Source of the DNA: a virus
Length of the DNA: 64,000 nucleotides
Reading direction: 5' to 3' (one strand)
Virus record (IMG/VR): IMGVR_UViG_3300047160_007578
Coordinates: 1 to 64,000 of that record
Under the pieces are notes generated by a model. That model was not told the DNA's origin and searched no databases. It saw only the letters and a list, made by a program, of their open reading frames with translations. The position numbers were made by a program, and so were the translations under genes. Positions within the stretch are counted from its first letter, which is position 1. Each line of letters starts with the position of its first letter. Below, one piece after another: positions 1 to 10,364 of this stretch.

Positions 1-68
1 TCATAGACCCGACGAGCAGCGGCCCGAACGCGACTTCTGGTTTTTGGGGCCATTAGGAAATCAAGCAT
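1..68 (-). CDS. 5' fragment of a gene running off the window edge
   Basis: ATG at 68 preceded by AGGAG-like RBS; open to position 1. Confidence 0.5.
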   Translation of the reverse strand, partial: MLDFLMAPKTRSRVRAAARRVY

Positions 69-140
69 CGGACACGCTCTCCTGATTAATAATCATTCTG
101 GTAATCATTTTGATTCAATTATTGCTTCAGTCCGAATTGG

Positions 141-1745
141 TTATCTAATTTTGGTTATTACAAACGTTGCTTGTGATGTTGCACCAATCGTACTACCAGA
201 AGTTTGGGTCGCCATAACTTCAATGTAATCACCAGCATTTAATTGCAGCAATGCACTAACAGCATGTCGAGTATCATTCAATGAATTAGCAGACGGCCAA
301 CCGCTACCATTCATAAGCGTTGTACCATTCTTTCGGAATTCAATGAGACGATTACCGGTGGCGTTCGATACCCAATGAAGATAAAAATCTAGATGGTACA
401 GACCTGTTAACGGAACTGTAAATTTAGTTGAGCTAAGAAAGCCAGCATCATCATACTGTGCAATCCATGTTATAGCCGTCGCGACACCAGTAGGTATACT
501 AAAACCAGAACTAAGGGCATAGCAAGCAAGATTACGTTTGGAATTAATAGTCAATGCGAGAGCATTTCGCATTGTCATTATATCTTGAATACGAATGACA
601 CTACCAGACCGTTTAATAAATGGATCAGCACACAGGACTGGTGCGGCATAATTGGCGCCTGTGAGGAAACCTGATCCAGGTGTTCCATTGAAAACTGAGT
701 AATACATACCAAGACCGTTATTACTACCATCAAAAATTTCAACGTACATATAATATACTGTAGAACTGACTTGGACAAAACAGGGAGCACTGTATTGGTT
801 GGTTGATAATGCTGCAGGCCAATTGGACATCCAATGCGACACACCCGACATAACATAGCCGGATGTGAGCGAAGTAGAAGTCATAAGTTCAATATAAAAA
901 TTGGTATTAGTTTTGACAAATATATAGTAAGTACCACTAACTTTAACCACATACGGTGACTCTATACCAACGTGAAGACTTGTGCCAGTAATTGCAACCG
1001 GAGAACTCCAAGCCGTCATATCAGAACTGGTTGGATGACGCTCAAAAAGTGAACAGTTCGTATTGGCTACGCCAACACAAACAAAAATATGAACAGAACC
1101 ATCAGTATCAACAAACCATTCCGGACCCTGAACATACGCAGCACTGGCAACTGTAGCTGCCTCTGATATATCTGTGACGTGTGTCCAATTAATCAAATCT
1201 GGTGATGATGCGATACCCCACGATGTTGACGTTGTCGAACCCGTAGTATTTGTCGCCATCGTATAAACCATCCAGTATATTGTCCCGTCATAGTAAATCG
1301 ACGGGTCTTTAAGATAACCACTTGGTGGTTTATAGGCAGGCAACGGTCGTAATACGTCCCAATTGATGCCATCACCGCTACCCATAATAAATGCATTACT
1401 ATTGTTCTGCTCGGTATTGATGGAAAGGAACATTCCTTGTCCTTGATTATTCAAATTGCCTATCGGATTCGTGGCGAGATTTTGTAATGAAGCAGCGGTT
1501 AATATATTGATTACTTGAGCACCGCTAGCGTGAGCAGCCGCAGTCGTTCCTTCTTGACCGCGTGTGACTGTGAACGTAGTGCCTGAAACGACAGTCACAA
1601 CCATTATCTCACTGTCTATTAAGATATGGAAATTGCCAGCCGTTGGAAAATTGGTTGCTGATGCAACTGTTAGAGTTGTAGCGACATTGGTAATTGCTCC
1701 AGTAAGAGAACTAATCGCATTGTTGACATATTGTTCTGCGATCAT
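141..1745 (-). CDS. Putative tail fibre/receptor-binding protein: N-terminal anchor, GH43/GH32-like beta-propeller, C-terminal C1q-like domain
   Basis: KDPSIYYDG, GPEWFVDTDG and ESPYVVKV propeller-type motifs; FTVPLTGLYH...LQLNAGDYIEV C1q-like end; Ser/Thr-rich; in virion module. Confidence 0.65.
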   Translation of the reverse strand: MIAEQYVNNAISSLTGAITNVATTLTVASATNFPTAGNFHILIDSEIMVVTVVSGTTFTVTRGQEGTTAAAHASGAQVINILTAASLQNLATNPIGNLNNQGQGMFLSINTEQNNSNAFIMGSGDGINWDVLRPLPAYKPPSGYLKDPSIYYDGTIYWMVYTMATNTTGSTTSTSWGIASSPDLINWTHVTDISEAATVASAAYVQGPEWFVDTDGSVHIFVCVGVANTNCSLFERHPTSSDMTAWSSPVAITGTSLHVGIESPYVVKVSGTYYIFVKTNTNFYIELMTSTSLTSGYVMSGVSHWMSNWPAALSTNQYSAPCFVQVSSTVYYMYVEIFDGSNNGLGMYYSVFNGTPGSGFLTGANYAAPVLCADPFIKRSGSVIRIQDIMTMRNALALTINSKRNLACYALSSGFSIPTGVATAITWIAQYDDAGFLSSTKFTVPLTGLYHLDFYLHWVSNATGNRLIEFRKNGTTLMNGSGWPSANSLNDTRHAVSALLQLNAGDYIEVMATQTSGSTIGATSQATFVITKIR

Positions 1746-1751
1746 TAATCA

Positions 1752-3374
1752 TTACCTCACTTTCATTATCTTGAACAACTGATTGCCCGACATGGCTAAC
1801 GTGATCGTGCTACTTTGATAGACTGCAACTTCGATATAATCGCCGGCATTCAAATAAATCAACATCTGTAAGGAATGCATTACATCATCGAATGTGGAGG
1901 ATTGAATATAGAATCCATTTCCATTCAAGTACAATGTACCATTTTTGCGGAGTTCCGCTTTGCGAATTCCCACGTTATTTGCAGCCCAATGCGAGTATGA
2001 ATCTATCCAGTACCAGCCTGTTACTGGAGCGTAGAATTTAGTTGATCCTGCTCCACCTTGGAGGAAATTACCTTCGTCAGATATTGCTGTATAAGTAAGA
2101 GCAGTGGTTGTAGTATTAGCCACGCTGGTACCAGAAACATTTGAAGCATTACAGGCAAGAAATCTTTGACTATTAATCATTGCAGCGAAAGCGTTCCGCA
2201 TTGTTTTCATATCTTGGATGCGAGCAACAGTTCCAGATCGTTTGAGAAATGGGTCGGTGCACAAAACCGGTGCGGCATAATTGCCGCCAGTGGTAAAACC
2301 TGAACCCGGTGTGCCGCCAAAAATTGAATAATACATACCAAGGCCATTATAACTGGCATCGATCTTTTCGACGTACATGTAAAAGACTGTGGAACTAATT
2401 TGAACGAAACAAGGAGCACCGTAGCTATTTGAAGACGAAGCTGCTGGCCAATTACTCATCCAATGTGATGAACCTGCAACCGTATAACCGGATGTGAGCG
2501 AAGAAGAAGTCCAAAGTTCGATATAATAATTGCTATTGTTCCGAATAAACAGATAATAAGTCGTTCCGACTTTGATCACAAATGGTGACTCGACACCCGT
2601 TGCGAGACCGGTGCCTGTGATTGCGACTGCCGAACCCCACGTTGTCATACCGATATTTGTGGGAGAACGCTTATAAATCGCAGCAGTTGTATTACTTGTT
2701 CCAATTGTGAGAAAAACGTGAACAGAACCGTCAGTATCGATGAACCATTCTGGACCTTGAACGTATGTAGCACCGCTAACTGTTCCTGACTCCGATACGG
2801 TTGTTACGAGCGTCCAATTGATCAGATCAGGCGAGGATGCAACACCCCAAGATGTAGACGTCGTTGAACCTGTCGTATTTGTTGCTATTGTGTAAACCAT
2901 CCAATACGTTGTGCCATCATAATAGATCGATGGGTCTTTAAGAGAATTGCTTGCCGGCTTATAAACCGGGGTTGGGCGTAACAAATCCCAATTGACACCA
3001 TCACTACTACCCATAAGAAGTGCGTTACTATTGTACTGTTCCGTATTGAGGGAAACAAACATCCCTTGTCCCTGACTATTTAAGCTACCTATCGGATTCG
3101 TAGCAAGGTTTTGTAATGCCTCCGCAGAGACAATACAAATCACATTAACGCCACCGGTGTGAGAAGCAGCTGTTGTACCTTCTACACCACGAGTGATCGT
3201 GAATGTTGTACCAGAAACGGAAGTCACACGCATTATTTCATTGTCTACTAAAATATGAAAATTGCCAACAGTCGGAAATGCGGTTGCAGCTGCAACTGTT
3301 AAGGTCGTATCGGTACTGATGATAGAGCTACTAAGTGTACTGATCGCGTTGTTAACGTATTGTTCTGCGATCAT
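1752..3374 (-). CDS. Tandem paralog of 141-1745, putative tail fibre/receptor-binding protein
   Basis: Collinear high similarity with 141-1745 (MIAEQYVNNAIS, LKDPSIYYDGT, YVQGPEWF, LNAGDYIEV). Confidence 0.65.
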   Translation of the reverse strand: MIAEQYVNNAISTLSSSIISTDTTLTVAAATAFPTVGNFHILVDNEIMRVTSVSGTTFTITRGVEGTTAASHTGGVNVICIVSAEALQNLATNPIGSLNSQGQGMFVSLNTEQYNSNALLMGSSDGVNWDLLRPTPVYKPASNSLKDPSIYYDGTTYWMVYTIATNTTGSTTSTSWGVASSPDLINWTLVTTVSESGTVSGATYVQGPEWFIDTDGSVHVFLTIGTSNTTAAIYKRSPTNIGMTTWGSAVAITGTGLATGVESPFVIKVGTTYYLFIRNNSNYYIELWTSSSLTSGYTVAGSSHWMSNWPAASSSNSYGAPCFVQISSTVFYMYVEKIDASYNGLGMYYSIFGGTPGSGFTTGGNYAAPVLCTDPFLKRSGTVARIQDMKTMRNAFAAMINSQRFLACNASNVSGTSVANTTTTALTYTAISDEGNFLQGGAGSTKFYAPVTGWYWIDSYSHWAANNVGIRKAELRKNGTLYLNGNGFYIQSSTFDDVMHSLQMLIYLNAGDYIEVAVYQSSTITLAMSGNQLFKIMKVR

Positions 3375-3417
3375 TAATCATTTCCTCCTGTTAGTATTGA
3401 TTGATACCCATGAGTAC

Positions 3418-3876
3418 CTATGGATGCGTGAGCGTAAAGGAAGAAATGCTAACCGTATCGCCGCTATTGATTGTCGTTGTCGGAAAAACGATATCGAAAC
3501 TAGAAGAGGTTCCGACTGTACAATCCATAACCGCTGTACCACCGCCAGAAGCCATCCGAGCCCAGGTAGCTGTACCAGTGTTGCCAGCGGTGCCAGAAGT
3601 GATCGTGTTGGCAGTTGCGACACCATTGACGGATGCGCCGAAGGAAGTTGACGAGAACGTGAGTGTAGCCAAAAGAGTTTGGCCGGAAAGAGCGGTGTCC
3701 GGTCCAGCTGGTTGTGTGCCGGTGTAGATTTTGATCGTACCAGCGCCACCAGCGTTGAGTAATGCAGTGACCGCATCCATCGCGGCACTCTTTCCGGCAT
3801 TGCTGAGTGTCAAGTTGTTCGCGAAGGCTCGCTGGAACCACTTGAGGAATGACGCTTTGTCTGAGAACTTGATCAT
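3418..3876 (-). CDS. Virion structural protein (Gly/Thr-rich)
   Basis: IKIYTGTQP...LLATLTF...GTATWARM...TVSISSFTLT pattern typical of small phage structural proteins; RBS present. Confidence 0.6.
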   Translation of the reverse strand: MIKFSDKASFLKWFQRAFANNLTLSNAGKSAAMDAVTALLNAGGAGTIKIYTGTQPAGPDTALSGQTLLATLTFSSTSFGASVNGVATANTITSGTAGNTGTATWARMASGGGTAVMDCTVGTSSSFDIVFPTTTINSGDTVSISSFTLTHP

Positions 3877-3900
3877 TGTTGTCTCCCTTTTGATTATTGA

Positions 3901-5826
3901 TCAGGTCGAACCAACATGCCCGTGTTGCCCCGGTTTGGGTCCAGGCCGTTCTTTAACTACTGTTCCGGAATGAGTTTCACCTGATGGACTACCGCCCTTA
4001 CCGCGAACCGGGAAACCGGCTTTGGCTTTCTCGGCTTGGACTTCGCCGTCCGGATCAGCGGATTCGTCCCGATTACCTCGAGCGCCGGGATTTTGTTGAC
4101 CATTCCCATCACCGTTGGGCGCCGCTGCTCCCATTCCCTGCTCGGGCTGCTGAGCTTTCTTGATCATTTCCAGACGCTTGACTTGAGCTTCCTGAGCCTT
4201 CTTCGCCGTGCCCTCTGGATAGCCACGAAGCTTACCGGCGTAGTCAGGATCAAGGATTCCAGTTTGAACGTCCTTGGTGATCTGGTCAATGGCGATATCA
4301 ACGGTTTCAGATTCGTCGATTTCATCGTATATTTTTTGCATCATTTCCGGTGGATAGCGATGTAATAAGAGCAAGTCTGCGATTCGTTTTGCCACGCATC
4401 GCTGGAATGTAATAGAGCAGTGACCAGCTATTTGTTTCTTGTATTCTTCGACTTCGGCCCAAATGTCCTTTTGGTTCTGGACGTTGAACTTGTCAGGGTA
4501 TCGAATCGTGGCGATATCATGTTCCTTCTCGTTTTCGTACATGTGCCACAAGTAGGCGATTTGCCGCTCGGCATCTTCGCACATCGATCCGATATAACAA
4601 AGGCCAGCCTCAAGCGACCGTTCATCGAATCCGCGGGACTCAGCAGATGTGGCTCTTACGTTTAGGTTGGTAATAGACAAATTGATTAATAATCGAATAT
4701 CCATCTTCAACTGCTCTTCCAAGTCCATTCCAGACTTGAGAGACTCTGCCGATGGATTTACAAATTGCGGCCGCTCCAGTCCCTTTGCGTACATTCGGCC
4801 GTAGCCGACACCGACCTTGATATTGTGCGATGGCATCGAGCCATTACCAACAACGCCGCCATCGTCAGGCGCACTGGCAGAACCGTTTCCATTGGCAGTT
4901 TGCGGTATCGCGGCATCGCTGCCGTCTTGCAAGTGACCGGAGTACGCTCTTGGATCGAATTGCTCGGTATAGAAGGGGAAATTGGAATCAATGCCAAAGG
5001 AAAGAGTAGAAGAAGCAAGGTTCAATAGAGCTATCTGATAGTCCGCGATATCGGACATAAGAGAGTTGGATAGCTCCGCGGTGACAAAGGGAATACGTGG
5101 GATATTCAATTGGATTGGCCCGGTATTACCCTGACCAGTCGGATCAATGGGTTGACTATTTTCGTTATAGAACTGGACCCAAATCGTTCCGTCGTCTTCG
5201 TCTCGGTAATAGTACCGGTACTGGTGTGTTGTCCCGGTGGGCAGCTTGGTTATTGCGTCACGAATGAAAACCGTATCTCTAAGTAATAGTGCTTTGTAAA
5301 TATTGGGTGTAGGCGAATCGTCGTATTCCCAGGAGCGAATATCTTCGGCCTTGTACACGTACAAATAGGGGCGAATGTCCTTGTTGGCTAATACCGTCGT
5401 TCCGCGTTTAATAGGCATGTCCACGTAGATGCCGACCTTACCCATGATACACAATTCTGGAAGCACCATTGCTCCCATGAATGTGTTCATAGATGTGCCA
5501 GACAAATCCACGCCAGCTTCGCGACCCATGATCGCGGCTTGATAAGAGCGTGAGCCATCGATTCGGGTGATATCCCGGAATCGTCCGTAAATCGAACTGA
5601 TGGTATCCCGTACTGCTGCTTTGGCGAAGGCGGGGCAGTAGGCTATTTTCTTCCTTCGGCTAAAATCGTCATTAGACTCTGCCTTACGCTGTTGCAGATA
5701 TTCGTTGATGAAAATCCAGCCACCCTCATAAGTGAGTCGCCACTTATACCATTCCAGCATGCGCAAGGAATAGTGAGGGTGCGTTATTGATTCTATCGGG
5801 ATTTGTGTGACAATTTCTAGTGCCAT
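3901..5826 (-). CDS. Portal protein
   Basis: HPHY..W..WR..YEGG N-terminus, GKVGIYVDMP, RPYLYVY.AEDI..W, IPFV motifs; near terminase; start placed at the RBS-preceded ATG 5826. Confidence 0.8.
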   Translation of the reverse strand: MALEIVTQIPIESITHPHYSLRMLEWYKWRLTYEGGWIFINEYLQQRKAESNDDFSRRKKIAYCPAFAKAAVRDTISSIYGRFRDITRIDGSRSYQAAIMGREAGVDLSGTSMNTFMGAMVLPELCIMGKVGIYVDMPIKRGTTVLANKDIRPYLYVYKAEDIRSWEYDDSPTPNIYKALLLRDTVFIRDAITKLPTGTTHQYRYYYRDEDDGTIWVQFYNENSQPIDPTGQGNTGPIQLNIPRIPFVTAELSNSLMSDIADYQIALLNLASSTLSFGIDSNFPFYTEQFDPRAYSGHLQDGSDAAIPQTANGNGSASAPDDGGVVGNGSMPSHNIKVGVGYGRMYAKGLERPQFVNPSAESLKSGMDLEEQLKMDIRLLINLSITNLNVRATSAESRGFDERSLEAGLCYIGSMCEDAERQIAYLWHMYENEKEHDIATIRYPDKFNVQNQKDIWAEVEEYKKQIAGHCSITFQRCVAKRIADLLLLHRYPPEMMQKIYDEIDESETVDIAIDQITKDVQTGILDPDYAGKLRGYPEGTAKKAQEAQVKRLEMIKKAQQPEQGMGAAAPNGDGNGQQNPGARGNRDESADPDGEVQAEKAKAGFPVRGKGGSPSGETHSGTVVKERPGPKPGQHGHVGST

Positions 5827-5840
5827 AAATGATTCCTTTC

Positions 5841-6815
5841 TTAAAGGTTTAACCACCATTTAGGTGGAGCATTAGTGAAGATACCAGTTAAACCAGCAAT
5901 GCGGGAGATAAGAAAACGTATCACTATGTTATAGCCAAAGTCGATCTGTGTTTTCAGCCCGGATGCCGCCAAAACCAGGTATTCGCTATTGTTGGTGAAT
6001 GGAGTCGAAACATCCGGAATGTTGAAACTCGCTTGTGTATTAAACTCACCAGCACTATACGGTAGAATTTCCTTGAAAGTATCTGTACCAGTTTGGGCGT
6101 ATGTTGGCATACTATCTGTGCTAGTAACGTTGTATGTTAAAGTCCATACTGTTGAAACTCCGAAGAATGGAATTCCCCTACTATTAATGTCATAATACGG
6201 AGGAAAAATCTGAGCCATACCAAAGTCAGTCATAGCTGACTGATGTGGATAAATACTTGTGGTCTCTCCAGAAAAATTGTTCCACCAACTTAAGTAACTT
6301 TGCATCCAATCAACTACAACATCTAATCGCAAACCAACATCGTTGAAAAATAAAACATAAGTATATCCTGTCTGTGGAACCCAATTTCCACCAGAATCCC
6401 ATCCAGCATATTGAAGCACACTATTAAAATCGTCTTGGCTTAGTAATAACGGAGCATACATTGAATTAATAGCTGAGCGGGTTGATGGAACAAAAGTAGG
6501 AAGAGTGCCTATTTTAAACGCGCTGTCTATATCAGGTAGAGTAAACGGCGGTCCACTTGACCCTCTTACTCTGTAATTACTAAGTTGATTAAATTCAGAC
6601 ATTGGGTCTAGGTACAACGGTTGATATCCGACATATTCATCCCTAAAAGCTTTATTCAATTCAATTGGGGTTTTATTCGCAAAGTAAGCAGGTTTGACAA
6701 GTTGTTCAGTTTGGTGAACAACGGTTGTTTCAATATTATCGTAGACTTTGGTACTGTTTGGCGGTGACCATGACCCGTTGACGAAGCTAAACGTATCAGT
6801 TATATCATAGGGCAT
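5841..6815 (-). CDS. Hypothetical protein between terminase and portal
   Basis: 324-aa ORF with GGAG RBS; AT-richer than its neighbours. Confidence 0.7.
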   Translation of the reverse strand: MPYDITDTFSFVNGSWSPPNSTKVYDNIETTVVHQTEQLVKPAYFANKTPIELNKAFRDEYVGYQPLYLDPMSEFNQLSNYRVRGSSGPPFTLPDIDSAFKIGTLPTFVPSTRSAINSMYAPLLLSQDDFNSVLQYAGWDSGGNWVPQTGYTYVLFFNDVGLRLDVVVDWMQSYLSWWNNFSGETTSIYPHQSAMTDFGMAQIFPPYYDINSRGIPFFGVSTVWTLTYNVTSTDSMPTYAQTGTDTFKEILPYSAGEFNTQASFNIPDVSTPFTNNSEYLVLAASGLKTQIDFGYNIVIRFLISRIAGLTGIFTNAPPKWWLNL

Positions 6816-6840
6816 ATCATTCTCCCGTTCTGATTAATAA

Positions 6841-8514
6841 TCATGCAGTCTGGATGGTTTTGTTTTGTCCCATAGTCACCGCGAAATTCAGAGCGATTTC
6901 GGCATAATTGCGAGCGTGAGCAAAGTGATCTGCTACACGATCGCCGGTAACATAGGATGCGATTGTGTTCCCGTCTTTGTCCTTCCTAGGGACTCTGACA
7001 GGAGCCTTGATGTGGTTCTTGTAATCTGCGGGCAAATCGGCTGGGAGAGCAATGTGTTGGGCCTTGAATCGGCCGAGACTCAGGTCTAGCCAAGCAGTAC
7101 GATCAGCAGTAAAGGTCGGTTCACCGGACCAGACCGTGATATTTTTGGACCTAGTATTATCGCCGTAGATGCAAAGCATAACGAATCCGTCGAATCGACT
7201 AGCAAACTCCAGAGCCTTTCGTTTCTCTGGATGGGCGTCGATCACGCAGGCTCGGACTTGCCACTTTCGCATCAGCCTATCGAGTTCCTCGAATTCTTCC
7301 AGAACGATTACTTCCAATACCTTTGGCTTATGGGAAATATTGATATCTGGCGAATGTCCCATATAATGCCACGCGTCTATTTCAACGTGCAATTGTGCTC
7401 CCTGATCCACTCCCATTGTAATAAGTGTGCCGGCGTTGACTTTGGGATTCAAGAAGTAGTTCTTCTGGCATTCCCGGATATGTTGATCATTAATCCGAGC
7501 GCCTTTTACTTCGTGAACCTGGCCAAGAACCGAATTGAAAAGCTCTTGCTCTTCGTCGGGATCGATTTTGGCTTTGAATACTTTGGCGGCGATATTTTTC
7601 GGATGCCTGGCGGTAGCGGAAGAATATAGGCCGTTTATATGATAACCGTGCCACAATCCACGCTCGTTGTGCGGTAGCCATTGGCCGTCTTTCAACCATT
7701 CGTGTTTGGTTTCGTGCTCCAGTTTGGTTTTGCATTCCTTGCATTGTAGGTAAGAATTAACGAGACCTGGATCAAACAGATCGTCTCCGGTTATTACAAG
7801 GCAATCAGGAAAAGTCAATTCAGTGAAACGGTTACAATGAGGACAACGGAAATGGAAATGATCTTGTTTTGACTCCTCGTACTCGATGTTGATTCCAGTA
7901 CCAGCGACAGTAGGAGTAGAAATCTTGATTTGTTGGAATTGGACTTGACCAGACTGACGTTCCTCAGCGAGTGCGAGGTTCTTTTGCGTCATTTCGTCAA
8001 GTTCGTCGAAGATTATTAATCCGGCTGGAATAGACTTTAATTGAGATCGGGAGCGTGTGCCGCGGATGTACAGGTTGGTTGTACCGGCTCGCTTATGGCC
8101 GACGTTCTGCACATCCGAGAACAAATCTGTTAGATAGGTGGAACCTTCAAGTGCTGGGTCAAACCGGCCCGCGGAGAAATTGGAGGCGTCAGGTGTTTGT
8201 GATGGTAACAGATAAAGACAATCAACGCGTTTAATGTCAATGGAATAAAAGACACGATTCAAACATATCTCTGTATAGCCCATTTGGGCAGACTTTTGGC
8301 CGATCCACTTCTCGTCCTCGTTATCATGCATCGCTTTCGCCCAGGGGAAATATTTGAAGGAGTATGGCCCTGGGAAGGGTTGACCCATGATCCTGCACTT
8401 TTCCGCCCAGCTTGAGCAATTCACTATAGATTTTCGGCGTAGACCGTTAGCGATTATCTGGGAAAATGACGTAAGGAGTTCCGATGGCATTGGAATAACC
8501 CACCATTTGGTCAC
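6841..8514 (-). CDS. terL: Terminase large subunit (lambda GpA-like)
   Basis: QKSAQMGYTE Walker A variant, IIFDELDEM Walker B, ISTPT motif III, CPHC/CKEC zinc motif, MGVDQG nuclease motif, C-terminal DHFAHA. Confidence 0.92.
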   Translation of the reverse strand: MTKWWVIPMPSELLTSFSQIIANGLRRKSIVNCSSWAEKCRIMGQPFPGPYSFKYFPWAKAMHDNEDEKWIGQKSAQMGYTEICLNRVFYSIDIKRVDCLYLLPSQTPDASNFSAGRFDPALEGSTYLTDLFSDVQNVGHKRAGTTNLYIRGTRSRSQLKSIPAGLIIFDELDEMTQKNLALAEERQSGQVQFQQIKISTPTVAGTGINIEYEESKQDHFHFRCPHCNRFTELTFPDCLVITGDDLFDPGLVNSYLQCKECKTKLEHETKHEWLKDGQWLPHNERGLWHGYHINGLYSSATARHPKNIAAKVFKAKIDPDEEQELFNSVLGQVHEVKGARINDQHIRECQKNYFLNPKVNAGTLITMGVDQGAQLHVEIDAWHYMGHSPDINISHKPKVLEVIVLEEFEELDRLMRKWQVRACVIDAHPEKRKALEFASRFDGFVMLCIYGDNTRSKNITVWSGEPTFTADRTAWLDLSLGRFKAQHIALPADLPADYKNHIKAPVRVPRKDKDGNTIASYVTGDRVADHFAHARNYAEIALNFAVTMGQNKTIQTA

Positions 8515-8528
8515 TGATCAATAATCTT

Positions 8529-9773
8529 TTACTCCTTTTTGGGCAACATGGATTGTAGAATGCGTATCATTTCCTGTAACGTACGTACCTCATCTGAGGA
8601 CAATTGTAATCCACGGCCCTGACCTGGCTCCGGTTCCTTTTTCTGTTCCGGTTCGTCCAGAGGTTTTGATTTTTTCTGTTCCGGTTCCTTTACCCGGTCG
8701 GGTTCCTTCAAGCGATCCGGTGGGCAATGATCATCAATGCCGAGTACTTTCTGACTGATCTTTTGGCCGTCAGGACCGTAGCGCTCTTCAATGATGATCG
8801 GGGGACGGATACCCTTCTGGAGCATCTGTTCTTCCTTGACGATCTGCTTGAGCCGTTCGCGTTGAAACTCAAGGAAGGCTAGATCGGCCGGTGCGGCGTT
8901 GGCAATCCGAGCGTTCTGGAGTTGTTGGCTGTACTCCTTGATCTTGTGCTGCAGAATCTGCTCGTAGGTCATCATCTTCGGGTCAGACTGAGCAAGAGCC
9001 ATCGCGGCCACGGCAGTGATTGCAAGCTTCACTTTGTCTTCCTTTCGTTTGTTTGACAGTGAGAACGGATCACTGGAATCGATAGTGGCACCAACCGTCT
9101 TTTTGAGGAACTCGGGATTGGCTGTCCAAGTGCCGTCTAGCTTGGGCGAGAACGGGTGCCAACTGAAAACGGTGGTATTCCTTCCACGAAGACCATCGTT
9201 TCCAGTCAAATTGTGGCAGCTATGGCAACGTTGATCAAGACCGGTATATCCAGGTGGGCGTTCAGCTTCGTCCTCGAATGCGGTATGAGACTTCCAACTG
9301 CCCCCGACGAATTTGCGTTGCCGTAATTCAAAGGTTTTGCCCGTTTCTATCAATCGCCCGGACTGAAATTGATTTTTAATCGAAACTAGCAAATCGAATA
9401 GTGACGTTCCTTCCGGGAACTCCCACTCGCCTTTGCTTTTGTAGTATTTTACGTCGTCCGGAAGGACAATCAAAGTGACCGAGCGATACGTCCGTGGATC
9501 AACATTGGCTAATCCACCGGGAACAACCCAGGGATGTTGCCGATTAATTGCTGGTAGGAATTCGCGGACACTGAGACGAACCTTTTTCTCTGGATCATCC
9601 AGCTTGATCACTGTGAATGCGGGTTCCTTTCGATACGCCCGAATTCCATCAGGGATCGGGACTTCCTTTGGCCAAAGCTGAAGCCACCGATCCTGTTCAG
9701 TCTTTGATAAGTAGTCGGCTCGGGCGACACTCGCCGACATAAGCAGGCACAGGAATGTCGCGAAGATACGCAT
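8529..9773 (-). CDS. Exported protein with CxxCH (CHSCH) motif and charged C-terminus
   Basis: Signal peptide MRIFATFLCLLMSASVARA; WEFPEGT, FELR and FSWHPF blocks shared with 47144-47926. Confidence 0.7.
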   Translation of the reverse strand: MRIFATFLCLLMSASVARADYLSKTEQDRWLQLWPKEVPIPDGIRAYRKEPAFTVIKLDDPEKKVRLSVREFLPAINRQHPWVVPGGLANVDPRTYRSVTLIVLPDDVKYYKSKGEWEFPEGTSLFDLLVSIKNQFQSGRLIETGKTFELRQRKFVGGSWKSHTAFEDEAERPPGYTGLDQRCHSCHNLTGNDGLRGRNTTVFSWHPFSPKLDGTWTANPEFLKKTVGATIDSSDPFSLSNKRKEDKVKLAITAVAAMALAQSDPKMMTYEQILQHKIKEYSQQLQNARIANAAPADLAFLEFQRERLKQIVKEEQMLQKGIRPPIIIEERYGPDGQKISQKVLGIDDHCPPDRLKEPDRVKEPEQKKSKPLDEPEQKKEPEPGQGRGLQLSSDEVRTLQEMIRILQSMLPKKE

Positions 9774-9920
9774 GGTCGCCTCAGGATATATTGTTCTGAT
9801 TATTAATCACCGATACTTATTAATCACCGATACTTATTAAGTGTTCCTATTGTATACAAGGAATCAAGAACAGAATATATTGATATCGCAACGAATATAG
9901 CGTAAGAGATTTGAACCAAA

Positions 9921-10292
9921 TCAGCGTCCCCAACCATAGAATTGGCCAGGAAACGTCCCAAAGTTTCCGCCGAACTGATTGGAGCGGAACGACTCACGTT
10001 GGAACGAGAATTCAGACTGGAAATTGTTGCTGAGGAAGTTGCCCCACGGTGATTGTTGCTGGATGAGGAAAATCGGTGGCGGGGCTTGCTGGATGAAGAT
10101 TGCCGGTTGCCGTCGCCAGCCCCAGCCCGGTCCCCAGCCCCAGCCTGGTCCCCAGCCCGGTCCCCAGCCAGGTCCACCAAATCGACCGCCGCCGAAGTTG
10201 AGATTGACAAGACCACGTTGGAAGAGTTGAGCCGACGCAGTTTCCGCGAACAGGAACAGAACGATCAGAGTGAGCAAGAGCTTTCGCATCAC
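9921..10292 (-). CDS. Exported low-complexity protein with GPGW repeats
   Basis: Signal peptide ending ASA|Q; GPGW repeats; AAGGA RBS. Confidence 0.7.
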   Translation of the reverse strand: MMRKLLLTLIVLFLFAETASAQLFQRGLVNLNFGGGRFGGPGWGPGWGPGWGWGPGWGWRRQPAIFIQQAPPPIFLIQQQSPWGNFLSNNFQSEFSFQRESFRSNQFGGNFGTFPGQFYGWGR

Positions 10293-10364
10293 ATTGTCCT
10301 TTCGTTTGATTAAAGATCAGTTGAGTAACCAATATCAGCGGCAACTGCCGCTCATTGATCACGG

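Noticed and set aside
9801-9840. 17-bp tandem duplication TATTAATCACCGATACT
   Set aside because: A single local duplication next to a 13-bp palindrome; likely slippage or an assembly feature with no further structure
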